Origin: Promethearchaeia archaeon
GTDB lineage: Archaea > Asgardarchaeota > Lokiarchaeia > Sigyniarchaeales > SOKP01
DNA length: 64,000 nt
Direction of reading: 5' to 3'
NCBI GenBank assembly: GCA_046483985.1
Contig: JAWOCD010000040.1
Span: 56,409-120,408 of the forward strand
Part shown: positions 56,261-64,000 of the stretch, one piece after another
Numbering within the stretch: the first letter of the stretch is position 1
Layout of the letters: each line of letters starts with the position of its first letter
Position numbers and translations under genes: made by a program
The notes under the pieces: model-generated
The model's database searches: none
The model's input: only the letters and a program-made list of their open reading frames with translations
What the model was told of the DNA's origin: nothing

Positions 56261-57556
56261 TTAAATATCTTCGATTTTTACGGCATTTTGTAGGGTTTGT
56301 TTAGCTTTTTCTTGTTCTTGTGACGGCATTTTGCAATTCACATTTAATTTCCAAAACCGGTATTCATGATTTAAATACGCCGGACAAGTTTTTCGTATGT
56401 CTTCTGGGCAATCCATGAGTTGCCAACATTGAAGTTTCTTATCTTCATAAAATTGATGGAATTGTTCGGGTAATTCCTCCCAATTAAACTCAGTTTTTTC
56501 CAAATGATGTTTTAAATCATTTGAATTATAAGTATTCCAAAATAGAACAGTCTTATCCTTATTTTCATCTTCGCGTATAAAATCCAATAAGCCAGCCATG
56601 GCTTTTCCGGTATAGGTTGTTTCTAGCTTAAATCCCATCTCCTTGCCACACAACTCAGTTACTAAATCAACTGCTTTTACGCCTCTTTTCGTTTTAACTC
56701 CATATTCCGAGCCTAAATATCCTTGTAAAATCTCAAAGTCTTCTTCCCTAACGTGAATCTTAGGGATGGAAGGATCTCGTTCTTGGAGGTATTCCAATGC
56801 TTTATTAGAGTTCTTGGCAATTGATTCCGAATTTACGAACATCTCATCACTTACCGCTACCACATGAACTTTTGACTTTAGACCCACTAACTTACACCCG
56901 GCAATTAATCCCGCCGCAGTACCAGTAGATCCTCCAGCTACAAAAATAGCATCGGGTTCGGATGTAATCCCCTCATTAATCTGTGCTTTCAGTTCATAAA
57001 CGGCATTAATAAAAGCGACTGTTCCAAGCGGTGTACCGAATCCTCTTAAATTGGAACCTCCAGGTAAAATTACATAATGTTTTGGATGAAATAATCTGAA
57101 GAATAACGCTTTTAATGCTACTCCGATATAATTTTTAGCATAATGTAATTTTGCGCCGAAGTAATTACCTAATAAAAGCGAGCGTTGCACATGCCAGGTT
57201 AGAGGTTGCTTCGCCAGAAAAAGATGACATTTTAAATCTAATTCCTTACAGATAATGGCAGAAGCAAGGCCGTGATTGGTCCCCACCCCACCAAAAGTCA
57301 TAATACCGGTTTTTCCATTTTGAAGAGCGTCAGCAAAAATAAATTCAAATTTCCGAAGTTTATTGCCCCCATATATATCGTGATCTTTATCATCACGTTT
57401 GATATAAATTTGGGCATTAGAGAGATTTAATTCTTTTTCCAATTCTACTAATCTATCAATTGCCGTTGGTATAATGGTAAGTATTTGAATCCGAGGTACT
57501 TTTTCCTTAAGACCCGGAAATGCTTTAAATAAGGGCAAAACCTGTTGGGAATTCAT
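56261..57556 (-). CDS. PLP-dependent D-cysteine desulfhydrase/ACC deaminase family protein with Cys-rich C-terminal extension
   Basis: 'IYIKRDD...GGNKLRKFEF','GG..TNH','GSTGTAAG','ETTYTGKA'; tail 'CWQLMDC...CPAY...FW....C'. Confidence 0.85.
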   Translation of the reverse strand: MNSQQVLPLFKAFPGLKEKVPRIQILTIIPTAIDRLVELEKELNLSNAQIYIKRDDKDHDIYGGNKLRKFEFIFADALQNGKTGIMTFGGVGTNHGLASAIICKELDLKCHLFLAKQPLTWHVQRSLLLGNYFGAKLHYAKNYIGVALKALFFRLFHPKHYVILPGGSNLRGFGTPLGTVAFINAVYELKAQINEGITSEPDAIFVAGGSTGTAAGLIAGCKLVGLKSKVHVVAVSDEMFVNSESIAKNSNKALEYLQERDPSIPKIHVREEDFEILQGYLGSEYGVKTKRGVKAVDLVTELCGKEMGFKLETTYTGKAMAGLLDFIREDENKDKTVLFWNTYNSNDLKHHLEKTEFNWEELPEQFHQFYEDKKLQCWQLMDCPEDIRKTCPAYLNHEYRFWKLNVNCKMPSQEQEKAKQTLQNAVKIEDI

Positions 57557-57647
57557 ATATATTCTAAATAGTAGATTGTATAAAAAAAAATTGGGAAAAA
57601 CATATTCAAAGCTTGCTTAACTTTCTCGCACTAATATTGGCAATTAA

Positions 57648-58634
57648 TTAATATAAACCTACTCTTTTTTCTATTACACGTGTAATACCTATATCCAGAA
57701 AGTTCCGAAAGGCATTAAGAAAATATTTAATAATATCTCTGAGCTGGTTTTCTTCTTGATGATCTTCCCTATAATTAATTTTTACCAAGAGATCACATAA
57801 CCGCTGTAGTTCTCTTTGAAATTCAGATATCAAATCTAAATCAATTCTCTGATGATTTTCCACAACACCTTTCAATAATTCAGAAATATCCTTTAAAATA
57901 TGGGAGTATTTATGAATAAATTTCTCGGGAACATGTTGAAGATTTAATGCTTCATTAATAAAATCGCGAACATATAATAGAATAACTCGATCCCCTAAAA
58001 ATCGGATAATAGGAAACTTTTTATAACCACTTGAAATAGGATATTTGGAAAGCCCCGTAATAAGAATTCGAGTACCAAGGGAATACTTGCGATCGATTTC
58101 TGCTAATAACATTTCATTATTTTCTCGGAGAGTCCCGTCAAGTAGGTTATTAATAATGCTAGTAAACACATGGGCAAGATCAGACAATACTTCAGGTACA
58201 TCAGTTTTATTGGAATCTAATAAAAAGTTAACATAAAATTCTTGGGTATCTAATGTTTTAAAATCTAATCCAATAATTTCCTTGCGGAGATCAATTAATA
58301 ATGCATATAATTCATCTTTATTTTCCTTGTTATATTTCACGTAAATTTCATCGATATTTAGTTTAAAAGCAGAAATAATGGCTTGCCTAATTAAATTCGT
58401 CGGCCACTCAGAAGAATCTAACTTAAAGACTGTTTTTCTCTCCTCCGTGTCTGCAGATTGCACAACAATAGTTTTATCATCTAAAGGATAAAGTGCCACC
58501 TCTGATTTTGCCTTCAAATTTGCTTTATTGGTCCAATCTTGTGGGAATGTAATAGCCTTTGAATTTCCGAGATTAATTATACTTCTTTTATATTTCTTTT
58601 TAAGATCTTTTATCTTATTTTTTAATTCATTCAT
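57648..58634 (-). CDS. AbrB-type DNA-binding domain + PhoU-like regulator
   Basis: 'R.II.LG.S.AITFP.DW' AbrB-type N-terminus; 'R..ISA', 'EIDR' helical repeats. Confidence 0.72.
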   Translation of the reverse strand: MNELKNKIKDLKKKYKRSIINLGNSKAITFPQDWTNKANLKAKSEVALYPLDDKTIVVQSADTEERKTVFKLDSSEWPTNLIRQAIISAFKLNIDEIYVKYNKENKDELYALLIDLRKEIIGLDFKTLDTQEFYVNFLLDSNKTDVPEVLSDLAHVFTSIINNLLDGTLRENNEMLLAEIDRKYSLGTRILITGLSKYPISSGYKKFPIIRFLGDRVILLYVRDFINEALNLQHVPEKFIHKYSHILKDISELLKGVVENHQRIDLDLISEFQRELQRLCDLLVKINYREDHQEENQLRDIIKYFLNAFRNFLDIGITRVIEKRVGLY

Positions 58635-58817
58635 TTTAGAATTTTATAAATTTAACCGAATAATTTTATGGATAGAATAATATTCACACAATTTTCTTTG
58701 ATTAAATTAATACAATCTAGCTCAATAATATTAATTTATTTTTTAATATATATAAAAATTTGATAAATATATAATTTTCTCATTTTATTATATCACGTTC
58801 TTAAATTTAATATTAAT

Positions 58818-60875
58818 CTATAAAAATCCGTAAGAGCTCAAAATTTGCTTTATTTCTTGACACAACGTGTTATTCCCCGTGAAGGCAATATATTGATCGT
58901 TTATCTTTTCTATGAGCGAGGTTAATTCACGTGAGTCATACACTTTATATGCCGGTAAATCATATCTTGGATTGAAATATTTGAAGGAAAACTGAGGAAA
59001 CACACCTTTTTCTTGGAAAGTCTCGCAAATCTGTGGATATTGATCACGATGTTTCGGAAAATAATGCATGAGCACAAATGAATTTGACAAATCACGAAAA
59101 AATTTAATCTGATCTTCAAATGTGTCAAGAGAGATTTGAGATTTCAAATCCCATTCAAAGGAATGAGTAAGTTCGTAATATAATTGGGAAAGGAATTGAT
59201 TAATTTTTCCAACTCTAGATAAATTTCGGGGAAGAGATCGAGGGAAGGGGAGTCGTTTGATAAAGCTGGCATTATAGCGAAGATATCCCCCTGACATATG
59301 TAGACTGCTAAATAAGGTGTTAAATACTAAATTTAGCAATTTTGAATTGAATATAGTTAATAATGCAAAAAGATCTGCCGAATCCAATGGAGGAATTTGA
59401 AGAAAGTATAATCCCGTAATGTTCATAAAAATGCCGGGATCGTACACGAATGTAAGTCTTTTGGCTATTTCCCGGAAAATCAGTTTTTCTTGAGATAAAA
59501 TTTCAAATTTCTCAGAAAAATGCTCGTGGAGGTTACAATAAGAAATAGGGAGATTATAGCCCGCAATCCGGATTTTTTTTTCATATTTAATGACATAGGG
59601 AGATAAATTTCCAGTTCCAATAAGAAGCAAATCCTTATTGTTGGATTTATTATCAGTGATATCTTCGAAATGCTTTTTCCATTTTGTAAAACCAAAAGGT
59701 CTGTAGATAATCTTTAAATCATCGAAAATGCTATCAATCGGGTCATATTTTTTATAGACTTCAGATACGATTGAGATGTGTTTCGAAGTAGGAATTACAT
59801 GTGAAGGAAACTGATGAATAATCCTTTGGAAGTATTCTGTCTCCTCAAAAGTATCATTACGGAACTTCTTTAAATTATTGCACCGCTTAATCCCAATCTT
59901 GTTGCTCTTTATGTCCTTAGGTTCGGATTTTTGAAGCGTTATAATAATCGGATATGTTGCGGCTTTTTTAAAAACGTCAAGACTTGATACATCAATAATC
60001 TCCCTTATTGTGGTTTTCTTTAACATTAAATTTCTAATCTTAATGCCATAATCTGCTGATAAAAACTTATTTGTTATGAGAAAAGAGATAATACCTTCTG
60101 GCTTAAGGTGTTTTACTGCTTGTTCAATAAAAAGAATGGAGAGATCAAACAACTTATACGCAGAATGAAATTTTTGATATAATTGCTTTTTATAATCCAT
60201 TGCAATAGACTTGTTTTCAATATAGGGGGGATTACCTAAAATGAGGTGGAACTTTTGAGAGGAAAAATTCAAAAGAAAATCATGGTTGGTGATATTAAAG
60301 TTAAGATCGCTCTTTTGATTTAACTCTAAGATTTTATCAATTTGTTCGAAATTCAATGGTTTTTGGAGAGAATCTAATTGAAGATGGTTTTTCTCATTTT
60401 TATAAATCCATAATAGAAGATTTAATTTGGAGATCGTGCATGCACTTTTCTCAATGTCATTTCCATAAATATTGCGTTTAATAATTTTCTTCTTGAGGGC
60501 TAATTGATCTATAGCAGATGAAGAAAGCATTAAATTCAGTTTAAATAACACCCTTGAAACCGAGACCAGCCAGCGGCCAGAGCCACAAGCGGGATCTAGA
60601 ATTTTTAAATTTTTCAAGAAGCGGGAAATTATCTGTGTTTGTGTTTCCTCAATCTCTCCCTCCTGTTCAAAGAAGTACTTAACAGCCTCCTTTCCAAAAT
60701 CGGAAAGTATTATGCGAAAGAGGTGTTCAATAATATTAGTGGTCAATTGCTTCGGTGTATAAACATCTCCAGATTTTTTGCTTTTCTTCTTCCTATTTTT
60801 ATCTATATTTTTCTCGAATACGGAAATGAATTGTCGTAATTGTTGATAATATTTTTTCTTTTTCTCTGCTTTCAT
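58818..60875 (-). CDS. N6-adenine DNA methyltransferase (Eco57I/TaqI-like, gamma class)
   Basis: 'GDVYTP','ILDPACGSG','GNPPY','DL..LFIE', C-terminal target-recognition-like region. Confidence 0.88.
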   Translation of the reverse strand: MKAEKKKKYYQQLRQFISVFEKNIDKNRKKKSKKSGDVYTPKQLTTNIIEHLFRIILSDFGKEAVKYFFEQEGEIEETQTQIISRFLKNLKILDPACGSGRWLVSVSRVLFKLNLMLSSSAIDQLALKKKIIKRNIYGNDIEKSACTISKLNLLLWIYKNEKNHLQLDSLQKPLNFEQIDKILELNQKSDLNFNITNHDFLLNFSSQKFHLILGNPPYIENKSIAMDYKKQLYQKFHSAYKLFDLSILFIEQAVKHLKPEGIISFLITNKFLSADYGIKIRNLMLKKTTIREIIDVSSLDVFKKAATYPIIITLQKSEPKDIKSNKIGIKRCNNLKKFRNDTFEETEYFQRIIHQFPSHVIPTSKHISIVSEVYKKYDPIDSIFDDLKIIYRPFGFTKWKKHFEDITDNKSNNKDLLLIGTGNLSPYVIKYEKKIRIAGYNLPISYCNLHEHFSEKFEILSQEKLIFREIAKRLTFVYDPGIFMNITGLYFLQIPPLDSADLFALLTIFNSKLLNLVFNTLFSSLHMSGGYLRYNASFIKRLPFPRSLPRNLSRVGKINQFLSQLYYELTHSFEWDLKSQISLDTFEDQIKFFRDLSNSFVLMHYFPKHRDQYPQICETFQEKGVFPQFSFKYFNPRYDLPAYKVYDSRELTSLIEKINDQYIAFTGNNTLCQEIKQILSSYGFL

Positions 60876-60948
60876 TAATTAAATTTTAGAATTAGAATAA
60901 TAAATTTTTTTGTAAACTTTAAATATCCGGTTAAATACTCAATAAAAT

Positions 60949-61854
60949 ATGATACAAAATAAGTTTCTAGAAGATTTAATTGCAAAGCCCAATACCATCT
61001 CCGCTCTGGAGTTTGAAAAAATAAAGGAGATAGTAAATAAAGCAACCGAGATCGCTAAGGATGAAAACCGATTAATTGAAATCAACACCCCAAAGAAAGA
61101 GAAGATCTTTGTGTTCGGTGATATCCATGGCAATCTGCATTCGTTAGAGTCAATTTTAAAAGAAATTAAAAGGGAGAAACCACAATATATTATTTCCTTA
61201 GGAGATATCGTGGATCGAGGGTCTTATCAGCTCCAGTCATTAATAATAATGTGTGCCTTTAAAATTCTCAATCCGGAAACCTTTTTTATTCTCAGGGGAA
61301 ACCATGAGACCTTAGAAATGAACAGATCTTATGGTTTTTATAGCAATTTTCTTTCACGATTCGGAGATGCAGATAAATTCGATGTAATCTTGGATTTTTA
61401 TAATGCTCTCCCTTATTGTACTTTAGTAAATGAAGCAATTCTATGCGTTCATGGTGGAATTCCCAAGAATATGGATATTTTAAAGCAACTGAAAAAATTA
61501 AAGACAGAGGAGATAAACGAGATTGATTTAAAAGCCGTTGATAAGTCCTTATTTCAAATGATGTGGAATGACCCAAAAGAAGAAGTAAATCATTTTCAAC
61601 CCAGTTATCGGGGTTCCGACATTTTCTTCTTCGGAGAGGACGCATTAGATGAATTTATGGATGGGAATAATTTAGAAACAATTATTAGAGCTCACGAGGT
61701 CTTTCCAGAGGGCTATCGATGGTTTTTTGGAAAAAAACTAATAACTCTATTTTCGGCGGAAAATTATCGGCCCACGGTTGCTAACCCCGCTGTCTACGCT
61801 ATAATTCAAAATGAAACACAAATACGCGTTAAAGCGTTAGAGAAAGACTTTTAA
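60949..61854 (+). CDS. PPP-family Ser/Thr protein phosphatase
   Basis: GDIHG, GDIVDRG, LRGNHE, HGG, WNDP, RAHE, LFSAENY. Confidence 0.93.
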   Translation: MIQNKFLEDLIAKPNTISALEFEKIKEIVNKATEIAKDENRLIEINTPKKEKIFVFGDIHGNLHSLESILKEIKREKPQYIISLGDIVDRGSYQLQSLIIMCAFKILNPETFFILRGNHETLEMNRSYGFYSNFLSRFGDADKFDVILDFYNALPYCTLVNEAILCVHGGIPKNMDILKQLKKLKTEEINEIDLKAVDKSLFQMMWNDPKEEVNHFQPSYRGSDIFFFGEDALDEFMDGNNLETIIRAHEVFPEGYRWFFGKKLITLFSAENYRPTVANPAVYAIIQNETQIRVKALEKDF

Positions 61855-61873
61855 AGTCTGTTTACATATAAAA

Positions 61874-62317
61874 TTAGCGTTTTACTAACTCTGGAAAGTT
61901 CTTGACGATTTTCGGGTGGTTTTTAATTTCATCTTGCCATCTATCTTCTTTATCCGTTTCATACGAGAGGTCTTCTTCTTGTATGGTCTTTTCCGTGGGT
62001 ACATAAATAAAAGCCTTAATCAGTTTTTGGGTCTTAAGTTTAACTTGAGTCCGTTCACGTCTGTAAATCCCGACATCCACACCTTCATAGAAATCAAGTT
62101 TATCTAATTGGATCTTGGTAACGCTAAATAATAACGCCCAAAAAGCATCTCCTTGTTTGGGTAAAACATAAGGAAAAGGATGACCTTTCGGTAATATTCT
62201 TACATAATCAAGAACTTTACATGGCTTAATCGGGATTCTCTCATAACAATCGTAATATAATTCGGTAATGAAGGTTCCATAGCCCACGACTTTTTTTAGT
62301 TGATTGTGGATAGACAC
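61874..62317 (-). CDS. Gamma-glutamylcyclotransferase (GGCT/AIG2-like)
   Basis: 'GYGT','LDFYEG...Y.R..V','A.IY'. Confidence 0.8.
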   Translation of the reverse strand: MSIHNQLKKVVGYGTFITELYYDCYERIPIKPCKVLDYVRILPKGHPFPYVLPKQGDAFWALLFSVTKIQLDKLDFYEGVDVGIYRRERTQVKLKTQKLIKAFIYVPTEKTIQEEDLSYETDKEDRWQDEIKNHPKIVKNFPELVKR

Positions 62318-62415
62318 CCTACATCATAATAAGGGGATTGATTTAAATAAAATTTTTACAATAAAATATCCAAGGATCCTTCTAATGCATCAAAATTTCC
62401 AACTAGAGGGAACTC

Positions 62416-62691
62416 TTATACGAGTTCATTAGCATCTGGCTTAATAAACAAAAGATTATTTCCCCGAATGAAGATCTCATTATATTTTGCTACTGGCGAA
62501 CCGTCCATAATTTCCGTCGCGTCTTCTAAAATCATATTCATATATGCATCGATTTCCTTTAATAAGCCTCTATATTCGGTCCCATCTTTTAATCTTAAGA
62601 GAATCTGGGAGCTTTGAGCATCTTGTAAAATATTTATCGGATTTTTTGACCTTGTGCGACGTTTTTGATTATTATTCCTTTTTCTTGACAT
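62416..62691 (-). CDS. Sm/Lsm RNA-binding protein
   Basis: 'LKDG..YRG.L...D.YMN..L.DA.E','IFIRGNN'. Confidence 0.93.
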   Translation of the reverse strand: MSRKRNNNQKRRTRSKNPINILQDAQSSQILLRLKDGTEYRGLLKEIDAYMNMILEDATEIMDGSPVAKYNEIFIRGNNLLFIKPDANELV

Positions 62692-62839
62692 ACTTTAAAC
62701 CTTTGAAAAAAATACAATTTATTATTATATATTTATCAATAATACCTTAAAGATAAATTTTTTTAAATTATTAATTTAGTGATTAGATAAGTAAATAATT
62801 GTATTTGATTTTAATTGAATAATACCGGTCTTGTGAGGT

Positions 62840-63508
62840 TTGAAGAAAGAACATAAAAATGCTCAAAAGAAAGAGAAAATCATCAAGAAATATAACTCCT
62901 CTGCTCAGGTTTACGATCGGAGATATAAAGATCTCCAATTTAGAAAATTTAAACTGAGTTTAGGAAAAATTGATCTTTCAGAACGAGTATTGCTGGATGT
63001 AGGGTGTGGCACTGGGCTCTTATTAGACTTTTTAAGCCACTTTACTTCCTCCATACAAACTACTTCCTTTCTCTATGTAGGAACTGATATATCAAGAGAA
63101 ATGCTTTATATTTTACGAAAAAAGCTGAAAGATATGGTTGTTACTAAGAGTAAGATCGAGAAACTTCCCACTTCAATCCACCTCGTAGTGAGCGATGCAG
63201 AGCATTTGCCCTTTCGACCAAAGGTATTTGAAACTATTCTTTCTTTTACTGTGATTCAAAATCTCTCTAATAACAAGCTATTTTTCAGAGAAGTACTCGA
63301 TCTTATTAAAAATAAAGGGGACCTGGTCCTTTCCACTCTTAAAAAGAAAAAAACAGATTTAGAGGATTTTCGTTCATTCTGTAAATCTCGTGTTCACATT
63401 CCAGAAGAAAACGAGATAATCGGCACTGAAGATGTCATCTATGTAGGGAAAACATTGAAGTCTCCCCGCCTAAAGGACGGGAATTCCTACGAGTCCACTA
63501 AGCGTTAG
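62840..63508 (+). CDS. Class I SAM-dependent methyltransferase; C-terminus read from the IS end
   Basis: 'YDRRY','LLDVGCGTG','DAEHLPFR','FTVIQN'; final codons overlap the IS right end at 63455. Confidence 0.85.
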   Translation: MKKEHKNAQKKEKIIKKYNSSAQVYDRRYKDLQFRKFKLSLGKIDLSERVLLDVGCGTGLLLDFLSHFTSSIQTTSFLYVGTDISREMLYILRKKLKDMVVTKSKIEKLPTSIHLVVSDAEHLPFRPKVFETILSFTVIQNLSNNKLFFREVLDLIKNKGDLVLSTLKKKKTDLEDFRSFCKSRVHIPEENEIIGTEDVIYVGKTLKSPRLKDGNSYESTKR

Positions 63509-64000
63509 CTGGTGGGCATATCTTAGGGCTGTGTGTCGTAGAAAATCCGTTCCATTGCTTTAGAAAGGATTCCTCCTTCAAAGAGGGTTGATGCGATAGG
63601 TCAACAGATGTGAGAAACTTTACCATAATATTAACGGCGGAATTTAAGTCTCTATCCATCTTATGACCACATTCACAACTAATATGACGCTCGGACAAAT
63701 CGCGTTTCGCTTTTCTTCCACATTTTGCACAAGTCCGTGTGGTATAAGACTCGTCAATTCTTATTACTCTTTTACCTATTTTTTCTGCCTTATAGGTTAA
63801 GAATTGGACAAATCTCCCCAATGAACCCGTGTTTTGTAGTGAGTGGTTAAGTGTTTTGTTTGCTCTGTTTTGTCTGGGTGATTTTGTACTTTTTTTCTTC
63901 CGTGCCATCTGCTTCACATTCAAGTCTCCTACGATGATCGTGTTTGCTTTTGTATTCTCCACGATTTGCTTGGAAATCTTGTGTTGAAAGTCTCTGAGTT
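63455..64000 (-). mobile_element. IS200/IS605-family element, right part (continues beyond the window)
   Basis: Right end GGAATTCCCGTCCTTTAGGCGGGGAGACTTCAA on the minus strand, downstream of tnpB. Confidence 0.85.
63498..64000 (-). CDS. tnpB: TnpB RNA-guided nuclease, C-terminal part
   Basis: 'IIVGDL','QFL.YKA...G','E.YTT..C..CG','C.CG..MDRD.NSA.NI'; the 5' part lies outside the window. Confidence 0.9.
   Translation of the reverse strand, partial: LRDFQHKISKQIVENTKANTIIVGDLNVKQMARKKKSTKSPRQNRANKTLNHSLQNTGSLGRFVQFLTYKAEKIGKRVIRIDESYTTRTCAKCGRKAKRDLSERHISCECGHKMDRDLNSAVNIMVKFLTSVDLSHQPSLKEESFLKQWNGFSTTHSPKICPPANA

Noticed and set aside
1261-62750. Many 60-160 aa ORFs antisense or out of frame to long genes (e.g. 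1799..2227, 11936..12391, 41120..41599)
   Set aside because: Shadow ORFs overlapping well-supported genes, with no motifs.

Overview
AT-rich archaeal chromosome segment, most consistent with an Asgard archaeon (Lokiarchaeia-like). This is inferred from the archaeal information genes (rpo3, rpl18e, thermosome, Lsm, TrmI), an Arf/Rag-like GTPase with a C-terminal extension and a Clp1-like kinase. The left 11 kb is an accessory locus. It has a metVF pair divergent from an hgcA-like corrinoid gene that carries an extra N-terminal SAM-methyltransferase domain, followed by an hgcB-like ferredoxin. Next comes an ArsR-associated divergon with four DGC-domain genes (one fused to a lipoyl/GcvH domain), a stand-alone HdrA N-terminal-like domain, a ferredoxin, a thioredoxin-fold protein and CcdA. 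After that are two tandem vWA + C4HC3 finger + Zn-ribbon paralogs and an hdrA-mvhD/hdrC/hdrB/metV/metF cluster. The middle holds mostly housekeeping genes (pckG, thermosome, hisI, trpS, glyA, rpo3-L18e-L13-S9, aroA/aroC). The right part has a circularly permuted ATP-grasp ligase with an M14 peptidase, an orphan N6-adenine DNA methyltransferase and a PPP phosphatase. At least six IS200/IS605 (TnpB) derivatives are scattered through the window, from a tnpB gene down to a ~38-nt mini-element. No tRNA, rRNA or CRISPR array was seen. All calls come from motif reading by eye; no searches were run.
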